NCBI RefSeq assembly: GCF_025526975.1 | Contig: NW_026515685.1 | Coordinates: 434,001-498,000 of the forward strand | Direction of reading: 5' to 3' | Length of the DNA: 64,000 nucleotides | DNA from: Fimicolochytrium jonesii | Lineage: Eukaryota | Shown: positions 24,205 through 36,399 of the stretch, in pieces | Layout: every line of letters starts with the position of its first letter | Position numbering within the stretch: position 1 is the stretch's first letter | Made by a program: the position numbers and the translations under genes | Notes under the pieces: model-generated | Told to the model about the DNA's origin: nothing | What the model saw: the letters and a program-made list of their open reading frames with translations, nothing else | The model's database searches: none

Positions 24205-25113
24205 ATGTCGTCCTGGTTCGGTTTCGGCGGAAGCGCACCCGCAGCCCCAGCACCAACATCGTCAAGCTCGGCCTCGCCCGTCGACACCGCCCCAACCACC
24301 TCCTTCACATCACAACCCCCTTCCTCACCCTCCTCGTCACAGCCAACGTCCGCAATAACAGTCTCCGACATGCTCGCCGACCTCCAATCCTCGCCCAAGC
24401 ACGTCGATTCCCTCAAACAGAAACTCGCCCCCGCTGTACCCCAGGACGACGTTGAAATCCTCTACTTGTCCGACAACCCCTTCGGCCTTGCCCACAAGCC
24501 ACCCACGGGCACCTTCGGCCCGTTGCCGATGCGTACCGGCTACGATAAGCTGCTGTATGGGGTGGGGACGGCGTATGTGGGTGGCCTCGTGTATGGTGGA
24601 GTGTACGGAACGTTGAGGGGGTTTAGGACTGCGCAGGTGCCAACTTTCAAAGTGAGAATGAACAATGTGCTGAATCAGACGACGAGATATGGGCCTTGGG
24701 CTGCGAATTCCATGGGAATTATGAGTATGTTTCAAATATCGGTTTTTTGAGGTGAAACTTGGGTTGTGTGGGGCTAGTCGTGCTAACCGTACGTTTTTCC
24801 AGCTATGGGATGGGCGTTGCTGGACAACGCATTCGAAGCAATGAGGGGCGGTCAGTCGGATTACTACAACCACGTCGCAGCGGCATTCACAAGTGGATTC
24901 CTATTCAAATCTACAGGTATGCACGTCCCTCCCCGGCTCATCTCTTGTTGATAACCCCTTAATAATACTGTTTGCATCATTCCAGCCGGACTTCGACCTG
25001 CAGTATTCACAGGAGCGATCCTCGCCGGAGTCGTCGGAGCATACGGTGCATGGGAGCACATCACCGAGGAAGGATTTACTATCCCCACTTTGAGCCGGCC
25101 TGCGCGCGCCTAA
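24205..25113 (+). CDS. TIM23: Mitochondrial import inner membrane translocase Tim23; 3 exons
   Basis: DKLLYGVGTAYVGGLVYGGVYG...RMNNVLNQTTRYGPWAANSMG, DYYNHVAAAFTSGFLFKST. Confidence 0.88.
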
Positions 25114-25707
25114 GCGCAATTGACCGCGAATGGAATGTAGATTTTTTTAGTTCATAGAGGATTCCAGGAAGTGGGCATCGGTCAATCGCGCCCCCCTTCG
25201 ACCAACGCATATTACATTGTAATTACCGCCGGCACGAGTCATGCGGCGACGTAACCAGTGATTCGCCCACGCCGCATGACCTAGATAGTAGCTAACAAGC
25301 ACGGGCGCAACCGTAGCTTTAACTAGCCGCCAACGTCGCTCAACCCATACTCCCCAACCCATACTCCCCAACTTATTTGGGACACGTCTGTATGTCCAGT
25401 TTTTGTATATTATTGGGGGGAAATCCCTCGCCCCACACAAATGTCAGTTTCTTCGTTGCGCTTTTGCGAACATGCGGAGCAGATCTTTACTACGCCAGTT
25501 TTATGTTGTTGCTATTGCAAACTATGTCGTACTATGCTACGACTGGCCGACGTGACAGCCGGCATAATGAGGCATCAGCCTAAAGGGTTACATGCAAGAA
25601 AAAGTGTGGAAGGCAAAGAAGGAAATGTCACTATACAAAAAATGTCCCCTGGGTTGAACTACTACGCGCTCCCCAAGCGCAATCCAACGGCCGCCGTCGC
25701 TCCCCTC

Positions 25708-26806
25708 TCAATTAACCTCCGCCGCAAAGCGCTCCGAGGCCGGGTACGCCACTGTATTCAGGTAATTTGTGCGGTACGAATTCGCATCGGTGTCCGGGTT
25801 CCTATTCAGCGGCGTCCATTTCGGGTCCTCCTTGAACAGCCGCATCGCTTTAAGGTAGTTGGTCGTGTCGAGGGTGAAACGGTGGTACATTCCCGCGGGC
25901 TACATACATCACCGAAAAACCGTTAACCCCCATTCAATATCATCCAACGAGACTGCTTGAACACGAGGAACATACCAGTATAATCATATCCCCCTGCTCA
26001 CACTTAATCCGGATCCACGCATCGTTCGGCGCGCGGATGTCGAAATAGCCGGATCCTTCGAGGATGAACCGGATCTCTTCGTCCTCGTGGATGTGTTCCG
26101 TGAAGAAGGTTTTAAGCTTTTCTTCGTAGTTTGGGAGTTTCTCGCGGGATATTGTTATCTGGAAGGGGAGAGGGAGGGGGTGGTTAGATCGGGCTTGTGA
26201 GGGTTGGGGTGCACTGGGTGATGTAGCTTCGTCCTCGTTGTCCGGTTGAGGCGGGGAGCCCACCTGGCTCAAGCCGAGAGTCAATGATTGTCGCAGGCCA
26301 CTAAAGGGGCCCCCAGACTCCATGTCGTTCCAGACATCCCGCTCATTTGACTTTTAGGTAAAAGAAGGGGAGCTGGAGACGGGTGGTGGTCGTCCTAAGT
26401 TTTGTCAATGGCTCGCCACAACATGCCGCTGCAACCCGCACCCCGTCCAAGAGACATCCTAGAGCACCAAACGGGCACTCCCACCATCTTTCATAGCATC
26501 CCCCCGTTCCTTTTCGCCGCCCCTAACCTCCCACACATCCTCCCCCATTCCCCTCCATCCAGCTCTCCCAAAAGAACACCCCACCTCCCCCACTTGTCAA
26601 CCAACCTCATCCCGATTCTTATAAGCCCGTTCCACACAGATCCCTTCCACAACATCCATATACCCCTCACTCTTCACATCCAAATGCCAATGCAGCACCC
26701 CCAAAGCCGCCAACTGGTCGAGCGAGACCGGGCGGTTGGGCGTGTATTGATGCGGGTTGCGGCCGTCGGTCGTGTCGAGGTCGTTGTAGAAGTAGGCTGA
26801 TACCAT
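25708..26806 (-). CDS. ADI1: Acireductone dioxygenase (methionine salvage); 3 exons, intron 1 26159-26605
   Basis: [25 protein letters not shown]...[34 protein letters not shown]. Confidence 0.95.
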
Positions 26807-27326
26807 TTTGAGGAGGGGTTGGGGGGTGAGGTGAGAGGTGGGTGTGAGGGAAGTAGTGGTGTGTGCCTGCGAGGGATGTATAAAATGGGATAGAAAGAGG
26901 TGTGAACGGAGGTGTGAAAAGCGGAGACGCCGGAGCTCCGCGAAGCGTTCTCTTTAGGAATTGCGCAATCCGTAATCATTCCGCTCTTTGCACGCGCGCC
27001 GCCAACTTCCAAAGCCAAACGCGCGGCTGTCATCAGCACTTCAAGACATGAACGACGACCAGGAAAGGCAACGGAGGATTGTTTTGCACATACGGTAGGA
27101 TTTACAGTAGGATTGGGAAGAAACAACACAAAACAAATACAAACACTGCCTATGTACAAATACACACACACGTCCTCGCAAACAACGACCGGCGACAAAG
27201 CGCCGTGCATAAAAAACAAACCATATACACCATGTTCTGAAGAGTAATAGGGTCCCATCAATCCTATCAATTCTACGCCCTACCCCGGGGAATAGGTCCT
27301 CTTTTCCAAGCTAGGGCCACGCCGCT

Positions 27327-28983
27327 TTACTCGGTCGAGTCCGCGATACCGCCCTCGGTAATTTGGTAGACTGTGAGGGAGAGAGATTCGTTGGGAGGTC
27401 ATTTTGTATGTCGGGCGATGTGGGGCGCACTCACCAGCTTCGGATTCTATAGGATTGAAACGGTACATCAGCGATTTGCCCAACGATTGTAAAGAAGAAT
27501 TGCAACGTGAGCATACCAGGAACATCCGGACTATCGTAGATCTTGCAAATCCTCTGCTCGCCACGCCCTTTACGGAGGTAGAGCCGGGTGGTAGAAGCGT
27601 GCGCAAGCACGTGTCCTCCAATGGGTTTCTTGGGATCAGCGACAAAGGTCAAGCCACCTCCAGGGTCAGCGCACATCTACGCGTAGGAGACGGGAGGAGT
27701 ATGAAGTGCGGTTCATGGTGACGACCTCGGTGAAAGACGGGGGTTTCCTCTACCTGGTTGGTAATGAAAATCGCAACATTGAACTCTTCAGCAATCCGCA
27801 TGAGCTTAGACATCATCTGGTTAAGCTTCTGCTGTCGCTCCGCAAGTTCACCACGACCGCTATAGTCAGTCCTGAACAGAGCGATGATGGAATCGATGAC
27901 GACAAGACGGTACTGGCGCTCCTCGCACAGTCGAGCGGCGAGATGGTTCAGGAGCTCCATTTGGTGCTCGCTGTTGTGCGCACGGGCGACGGCAATGTTG
28001 TCGAGTGCGGCTTCTCCATCGACGTTGAAACGCGCGGCGATGGACTTGATACGCTCGGGACGGAAAGTGCCTTCCGTGTCGATGAATGCGGCCTGACGAT
28101 GGAAAAGATGGGGGTCAGAGTGAGTGTTCGATTGCGATGGAGACCCGGCCAAATGTAGCGACAACAAACCTTGCCGTTACCGCCTCCCATAGAAGCCGGC
28201 AGCTGAGCCATAACACAAAGCGTATGCGACAGCTGCGTTTTACCGGTTCGGAACTCCCCGAAAGCTTCCGTGATGGACATAGTCTGAACTCCTCCGCCCA
28301 GAAGGGTGTCAAAGTCCTTGCAGCCCGTGGAGATACGGACGACACTCTTGCGCTTGGCCTCCAGCTCGATGCCGGTGACGAAGGTACATGGAAGCAGCTT
28401 GCCCGCGGCTTCCTTCATTTTCTCGATCTTGGCTTCGGAGAGACCCTTGATCTTTGATAAGTTCCGGCTGGTGGTCATTTGGACGGCCTGTAGGCGGAAG
28501 TAAACATCGTGCTTCGGTGGTCATACTGGCACAGTCGTCGGCTGGTAACAATCAAATACTCACCCGAACGGTGGTGATCCCGTTGCTCTTAAGCTTCTGA
28601 ATATCTGCGTTATTGATACCGGCATCTTGAAGTTTCTCAACCTAATGGGAATGAGAAACGTGGATATGTCAGAACCGCTCGATGAGAAGCAGGGAAGCAG
28701 CCTCAAAGCTCTACTCACTTCCATAAAATCCTTCAATGCCGCGTGAGGAAAGAAATGTCAGTTCACGACGACTGTGCTCAGCACCATGCAATCTTGACTT
28801 ACCGGTGAAACCTGTGCGAAGCAGCAGAAACAACCGACATCAGTACAAGAGAAGGGAGCTCTCAAGCAGTGCGTTGGTTAGCTCCGTAGACCTTCAGCAA
28901 CTCAGCCAAGGGCTAAACGTTACCTCAAACTCCTCTTCCATGTCCTCCTCGTCAGCGACGGCATGGTCTTGCATCTCGGCCAT
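27327..28983 (-). CDS. DMC1: Meiotic recombinase Dmc1; about 9 exons including three micro-exons
   Basis: [77 protein letters not shown] and GGHVLAHA are DMC1-type rather than RAD51-type. Confidence 0.93.
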
Positions 28984-29536
28984 CTTGACCAAACTAGTTC
29001 CGAGGGCGGAAGGGGTGCTTCCGGGGTGTGGACGACGTAAAGGCAAGGAGGTGGAGAGGTCCAAGGAACTTTCGGTTGTGCTTGTGAAGCCCGTTTGGGA
29101 AACGGATGGGTGGGAGGAAAGTCAAAGCTGAGCTGAGTTGGGGGCCAAACTGTTGGACTTTTATACGGACGCGTTTTGACCGTTCACCTGTCCAAGAGTT
29201 CGAACATCGAGACGTTGAACCCCGAAAGCCCAGATAGCTTCATCGCTGCCTGTTCCGAGGAGAGTAGATGGGTGCTTCATATGAAAAGAGCTCAGATAAC
29301 GCAAGAAGTTGCACAAAATGTTTGTCTGCATGGATAACTAAATTCGCCTGCTTGCACTTCTTGACTTCAAATACAGTAGAAAGCCATTAAGGTCATAGCG
29401 ATGTTGTCTTCACAGCGATATATAAGGTTTTCGTATTATGCAAACAAGACAACGAGGACGGCATACCCTCTTGTGCAATTCGCTAAATTAAAGGGGAAAC
29501 AGGTACATCGACTGGTACTGGCAATCAGCCCATCGA

Positions 29537-30697
29537 CTATTGCATCGCAAAGGTGTCGATATCATCATAAGTGATGATCCCGCGAGCCCCGGTGTCGGCC
29601 GGCTTATCCCAATCAACCTTTCCATTCTGCAGGGCCACAGGTTCCGGCTCCGGCTCTCCCGACATGTACCGCTCCATCTGTGCGTCCAAATCCTCCATCG
29701 TCGCAGGTCCCTTCCGCGGAGCACGTCCCACCCCGGTGCGTCCGCCCCTCCCACGGTTTCCACGTCCGTTTCTGTCCGGCCCGCCACCATTGCTCTGTCC
29801 CCCCACCTTCGCACCTAGGCGAGGCCCCAGTCGGTCCTCCAACTTCTGCCCGAGCCTGTCGACGATGCTGCTCCCCTGCTTGGGACCGAGGCGGTCGGCT
29901 AGAGAGCTTCCGACAGCGCCCCGACCAGCCTGCCTGGACCCTCCGCCGATGAGTTCGACCGTCATCGCTTGTCCGTCAAGTTCGCGGCCATCGTAGGTGT
30001 CGAGGGCGGACTGTGCTGCACGGGCGCTGTCGAACGTAACTTCGCACTCTCCGAGAGAGCGACCGGCGTTGTCGTACTTGAAGTGTATCTTGTTGACTGC
30101 TCCTTGTGTTCTGTTCAGGTAAGATCACGGTGTCCCATGTGAGATGCCGACGGACATGCCGTAGATTGGAAGTGTGGGAGGGAGGATTTGGTAAGAACGA
30201 GGTTCCGACAAGTGCTGAAACGCTTTTCGCAATTTCGCCTTCACACGGTGGTAGGTACCGACCCCATAAGCTCTGCGATATCCTCCTGCGTCACCTGAAG
30301 AATCCGGATCAGTTTGCGTCATACCTCACCCAAGACGCAGTTCCCTTTAACTCACGTTCCAGTGCAAATTCTTAATCGTGATCGTCGCTCCTTCTGCAGC
30401 GGTACTCCTCCCCACTCGCCCGCTATCCCTCAAGCCAGCGCCAGATCCACCCCTCGAGTCGCCAAACATATCATGCTTCCACTGCCCTTCCAAGTCTCTT
30501 CGTGCATACGGCTTGTTCTCGCGACGGGGGCCGCCTGATCCTCTGCCGTCGGGCCGGTCGTAGGAGGATCGCGAGCGGTAGTTGTTGGATCTGCGTGTGT
30601 CTGAAGCGAAGGAGACACCGTTTCCCTGCTTGGTGCGGCGCTTGGGCCTGTTTGAGGCGATGATGTCGTCGAGGGAGAGGTCCATAGGGTCTGCCAT
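29537..30697 (-). CDS. ALYREF/Yra1-like RRM mRNA export adaptor; 3 exons
   Basis: N-box MDLSLDDII, WKHDMF motif, RRM (ITIKNLHWNVTQEDI...YDNAGRSLGECEVTF), C-box MEDLDAQMERYM. Confidence 0.85.
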
Positions 30698-31186
30698 TGT
30701 TGCGGTTGTGCTGTTGTTGTTGGAATTGTGAGTCTGTTTCACTGGTTTTGCATTTGCAGCAAGTCGAGGGAGGCAAATTCAGGCAATGGGGAACAGCCCC
30801 ACTGTGATACCGCCACACCCCTCGTTGCGCGTGCTCTTGGAATTCCACACTCATCGCAGGGTTACGCTTCTTTCCGGACTTTTTCCCACCCCCATCTTCG
30901 CGATGGCGCCCCATATGCTTGAAACCGCCACTGCCTCCCGGTACCGTCAAACGAAGGTGCAACGCCACAAGGCTCCGCTACCGGGATAATCGATAATCGG
31001 GTACATTCGGATCAACCGTACCGTCAGTTCGACCCTGCCCCGTTTCTTTGCGCCCAGGAGGCCTGAAGGCGGAAACGAGCAACGTAAACTCTTGGTATCC
31101 TTGAAGAAAACAGCTTGGATAGCACAAGGCCGTATTAGCATGAGCGTAGCAGAGCCCTTCCCTGCCATTGATGGGTAAGACGGAGT

Positions 31187-32489
31187 ATGAAGCACTTGGG
31201 GGCGTCGGGCGTTCCAAACTCACCTTATCCCCAACCCAGTTCTCACGGCTTCACTTTTACGTATGAAGAACCGCAGAGCAACGTTCGCTCCCTGCATCGA
31301 AAGGCGGAGAAACGGGAAGCATTTCCGCCGTTTGGATATGACCCGTACAAAGATCCCGCTGTTTTGCGTTGGCTTGCCCGTCCGGGTGTGCAGAAGCTTG
31401 CGGTATGTGGATATTCCCCTCCCTATTCTTCTGTAAGCATCGGCTCACCTTCACGACATCTCCCAGGTAGCCACGCCCAGGTTATGCTCATCATGTGCAA
31501 AGGCCATGACATCGCGTTGCGTCCAGTGCAATGCACTGTTTCATGCCGATTGCAGAGTTCCCAACAGTTTGATGCCCACATTGGCATCAGTTCTCATTCT
31601 GCACCACGGTCTGTCTGTGGCCACGCTGGACATATTGAAGTCTCTCTTGATGTCCAGCGGGGCGGTCATCGCCGTAGACGCCCTGGACTTGGACAGCACG
31701 GAACTCACATCGGATGCATTGGAGACACGGACGGCGGTACTCCTTGTGGGACAGCTTCTGGAGCCGTTCCGGCGTCGAAAGAAGCCGACGAATGGCAAAC
31801 AACGAGCGGCTTGGCAAGCTGTCCTACATCGGGCCATCGCCCACGAACGCATTGGACTGGTCTGCACGCCAGACAACTTCCCCAGCGCATTCAAACCCGT
31901 CGGAATGCAAGAGGCGTCTGCCCCCGGCTGGGGCGCTGCATCAAAAGTCTCTGCGTCGACGTCAACAGCGGCTAGTCAGTCACGCCCCCACCCTATCCTT
32001 CAGAACGTACGGCGAATCGGTACCGAAAACTACGTGTTTTTCGCAAAGGGCACTGCCGCCAAAGGCTCGCGTGTCATCGCCCGATGGGGAACGGGTGTCC
32101 CGCTCGCGGCAGTGAATGAGAACGTTGTCTCGCTGAATATGATCGCGACGCCGAGAGTTGAGATTGATGGGAAGTGGCATGCGTATTGGGACCCGGCTGA
32201 ATCGGATGCTGGCGGTTTGGTTGTGAATGCGCTGAGATATGCGGCGGCTGCGGCGGTGGTGAAGGGGTATAGTGCGCTGTGTGATGGGTGCCTTGAGGAG
32301 GCTTTGAAGGCTGCGTCGGCAAGCGAGGGGGATGGGCAGACTACAGCTGCTGAAGTGCAACCGCACCGTGAGCCGCACCAGCATTTCAGAACGGTCAAGG
32401 AACATGTTGCGGAACTTGAGGATCGGGAAGATATGGATTTCATGCGGTTACGCAACCGGTTCCGGACAAAGTACTGGGTACCAAAATAA
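31187..32489 (+). CDS. Hypothetical protein with a Cys/His zinc-finger-like motif; intron 31403-31466
   Basis: Phase-0 GT-AG join gives LCSSCAKAMTSRCVQCNALFHADC; second CDGC motif near the C-terminus. Confidence 0.6.
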
Positions 32490-33143
32490 AACAACACCCG
32501 TTTCAGCTCGCTTACAATATTCGCATAACTCACAACATTCCCTCCGCTCCCAGAAAGAATTCGCCCAAACCGCCTCCCTCCCCATCCACGTCCCCACCCA
32601 CGCTCACAAAACACACATCTGCGCGTTCAGCAAAGCTGAGACTGTGGACCGATATCAGCGGCTTGTCTCTACGCCCCACAGGGCCGCTGAACACGGTGGT
32701 CTTGCGACGACGGGACCGGACGAGGAAGCTGGAACTGATAGGCGGCGGAACCGCAGGACGAGAGTGAGGTCCGCGCCGCATGTTACGATGAAAAGTAGAG
32801 GTCAGGGGTGGTTGCCTGTCATCAGTACCGACACGGCGGACAGGTTGAGGGAGGAGCGGAAGGTGCGAACTGACTGTCTGTTGCGTGGGTGTCGTTGGAG
32901 GATGGAATCGCCAGCTTACTGATATTGGACTGTGTGGGTCTTTGTTTTGGTAGGCGGCGGAATCAGTTCACTACGATCGCGAGAAACCGACGTTCATGGT
33001 CCTCCCCGCCAATCTCTACGGTCCACATCACTACTTTGAAACACCCCGACCGAAGACGCAAGGGTCATTTGAGGTTCGCATTATACCACGAATTGAAGCC
33101 CTGTCAAACCCAACACTAACTTCTGATCAAATTTATCATTCAG

Positions 33144-34220
33144 AAACCCTCACCGACGGAACATACCAAAATTCCCTATCTCCCATCAACCCCACTACAC
33201 CTGCCCACCCGCCCCCGTAAACCCCGCGTCACGCTAACGACCACATCCATCCCGCAAATCCCCACAACGCCTATCCCGCAGCCACAGCATCGCAAGCATC
33301 CATCCCGACGTCTGATGCGACAACCAGCCAGAACATCCTTCCCCGCCGCGAGTCAGGAGACGGGGGAAAGTCCTGTGAAAAGGGCCAGACCTGAGGGTGC
33401 GGGGAAAGGCGCAAGGCAGCCGGTGGTTTCGGAGACGAGGCGGGATGAAGATGATGAGGACGAAGGCGGGGATGGGGATGATACGGATAGTTTTGGAGGG
33501 TTTGAGGAGGATGGGGAGGAGGCGGAGGAGAGTGTTGGTGTAGATGTGACGATGGAGGAAGGCGAGGTTGGTGAAAGGAAGGAGGAAGGCGAATTGGAAA
33601 GGCAGGTTGTGAAAGAGGCGGACTCGACGCCAGCGATATCGACAAACCGGACGACATCGGAAAGACCGGTCTTGAGGACATCCGCGACGAAGGAGAAGAA
33701 TTCGGCGAAATCGAAACCTACCCTCGCTCACGTCAATCGCCAGCCACCAACAAAACCACCAAATGTTGACGCGAGTAAGGTGAAGACGAGCATCCCCATA
33801 CCTCCAGCGAAGACATATCTTGCCAAAGTCTCTACAACGATAAAACCGCCCAGAAAGCCTGTTATGATGAACAGCAAAGCGAAGCCATCGACAGGTGGTC
33901 GGGTGAAGCCTTCGAGAGTGTTTACCCAGCCGACGCCGTCGAAACCCAGCACCACCACCGCCACAACGAAATCAGCACACATCGTAACGCAACGGAATCC
34001 ACCACCGGAACAGGAGGATGTGACGCGTCCCGTCCAGGATGCTTTGTCTCGGCACCCCTTACTTAATAACAATAACGGACATGCATCATCGCGCGTACCA
34101 CATATCAACGACATCTCACGACCGTTGATCAGCAAGCAACCTGTGGGGTGGCGGGAAGCGACATTGCAGCTGTATGAGCGGCATGGCGGTGAGGAGGGGG
34201 AGGAGGAGTGGTGGTGGTGA
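33144..34220 (+). CDS. Hypothetical low-complexity (acidic then K/P/T-rich) protein; terminal exon only, 5' part unresolved
   Basis: Frame open from an acceptor at 33143 (branch CACTAAC at 33114) to the stop at 34220. Confidence 0.45.
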   Translation, partial: KPSPTEHTKIPYLPSTPLHLPTRPRKPRVTLTTTSIPQIPTTPIPQPQHRKHPSRRLMRQPARTSFPAASQETGESPVKRARPEGAGKGARQPVVSETRRDEDDEDEGGDGDDTDSFGGFEEDGEEAEESVGVDVTMEEGEVGERKEEGELERQVVKEADSTPAISTNRTTSERPVLRTSATKEKNSAKSKPTLAHVNRQPPTKPPNVDASKVKTSIPIPPAKTYLAKVSTTIKPPRKPVMMNSKAKPSTGGRVKPSRVFTQPTPSKPSTTTATTKSAHIVTQRNPPPEQEDVTRPVQDALSRHPLLNNNNGHASSRVPHINDISRPLISKQPVGWREATLQLYERHGGEEGEEEWWW

Positions 34221-34695
34221 TGTGCGAGTTCCCTCTCAAAGGGAGTGTTTTTGGGACGACACTGGACAGAGCTTAGGAGGGCATGGGAGAGCACATGGAA
34301 AGGGACATGGTTAGAGTTAGCACACTAGGGTTAGACGGTATTGGGTAGGGAACTCGTCTTACCGTACAACCCTAACACGTAATCTCAGTGTCAAACAGGC
34401 TCAAATGAGTGGAGCTATTTGGGGTTACACCAGGGCGTTTCGGCGCGTCTTGTCCCGTGTTTCAGGGCGGGAACGTTAACTTGGCACTAATTGAAAGCAT
34501 CATGATTCAACTATATGAACGGCCGCCGACGCCTGAGTCCGAGTCTCTGATAGTTCCGATCGACGGAGCGCCAGAGGAGAGAAGAAAACGAGAATGCATA
34601 TAAAGAGCCCCAACGCGGGGCAAAACCCCCTCATCCGCTCATTTTTGCCCCCCCACCCTGTCACCTAACAAAAGCACCTCCAGACACTCCCACCA

Positions 34696-36053
34696 ATGTC
34701 ACCATCACAAAAGAAGTCCTTCCTCCTCCTCGCCCTCGGAGCAGGAACCCTCTCCCTCTCAGTGGCAGCACAAGACTGCCCCGCCCCACCCGCTTCCTGC
34801 CCGCGTCCGACGAACCCAGCCGACCCAGCATGCGCCTCCTTCCGCCTCTGCGACAAGAATGCCACCGCAGCCATGGATTCCCTTTGCACGCAGATGGACG
34901 CTATGCCGGGATGCAACCTAAGGAAGTTGTGTACGACCAGTCCGGGGAGTGTTCCGGAGCCATACTGCAAACCCATGTCGCTGTTGGCTGATGTTTGTTC
35001 GGTGGATATGCCGAGGATGTCGGGTAGGTGATCAGTGACGGGGTGTTCTTTCGATATGTTTAGTGTGACCTCGAGTTGCCGGCTTACAAGTCGCTAACCA
35101 CCTTCCTCCATCCCCCAGATTGCGCAACATACGTAAACATGTGCGGCAACAGCACCTCCGCCTCCACCTCCGTCAACGCCCAATGCAAAGAACCCGCCTC
35201 CGCAGCCCTCCCCAACATCCCCACCAGCAAGGCAGCCACCCAGAACATCTACTCCATCTGCCACGAGATGAGCATGCCTGGCTGTGAGGCCTGCTCGATT
35301 ACCTCGGCCACTGACACATACCCCCGCGGCTCGTGCGACTTGATGGGCACATACGCGCTGCTGTGCAAGGCGATGCCGGATATGAGGCAATGTGCGGATT
35401 GGAAGACTATGTGTGCTGCTACGCCTAATCTGGGCTGGTGCTCGTCCGCTAATGGCGGTGATGCTAATAGCAATGATCCGCCTATTATGAGGATGTTTTT
35501 CCACACCGGTATGTTTTGACTTACTTCAACCATACAAAAAAGACCGACAGAGTCACTAAACTCTTTATTCCCTTCCATTCCCGAACCCACAGGCTTCGTC
35601 GACTACGTCCTCTTCGAAACCTGGATCCCGCGCACCAGCGGCCAATACTTCGGCACCTGGCTCGCCGTCTTCCTCCTCGGCATCTTCTACGAAGCCTGGA
35701 ACACCTTCGTCGCAACCTACGAGTCCAAGCTCCTCCAACGCCACAAGGCCACCGACACCGTCTCCAAGACCGGTCTCGTACCGCCAAACACCGCCTCGCC
35801 CATCGCTCGCCCTACGCAACAGGGCAATGTCGTGCAGAGGATTCAGAGAGCGGTTGTGAGAGGGTTGGCCAAGTTTGTGACGGTTACGGTGGCGTATGCG
35901 CTCATGTTGGTTGCCATGACGTTTAACGTCGGGTTGTTCTTTGCGGTCGTGCTGGGGCTTGCGATTGGCAGCGCCATTTTCTCGGAATGGACCAGGGCCG
36001 CTGTCGCGGCCGCTGTCATGGATCAGGCTGGGGGTGAAGAGTTGTGCTGTTGA
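34696..36053 (+). CDS. Ctr-family copper transporter with signal peptide and large Cys/Met-rich ectodomain; 3 exons
   Basis: MRMFFHTG/FVDYVLFETWIP, TM1 ...LLGIFYEAW, TM2 AYALMLVAMTFN (MxxxM), TM3 GLAIG, C-terminal CC. Confidence 0.9.
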
Positions 36054-36399
36054 TCGAGCTTTTCACTCTGTAACTGAAAGTGGGGATTCTCTCTTCATTC
36101 CTGAGTCTTCTTTCCCTCCGCAATTGTAATAAGGCCTTGAAATGGCCTGTTGCATGTCAGGTAGTTTGCCGTTTGGCACCCAAGTTGTCCATCACATTAG
36201 TCTCTCCATAACCCCTGTTGTACATAAATTTTACCCCTAGGGAACAAACGAAAAACAGAATCTTTTCATATGCTCTTCGACATATCTCAGATTCGTCGGT
36301 GATAAAAGAATGTGGGAGTCCTGGTCAACAATTCCTCAGATATCTGGTCCCGGTTGTTCCGGGGCGATGGATTGCTAGCTATTCAAACATGCCTCTTGA

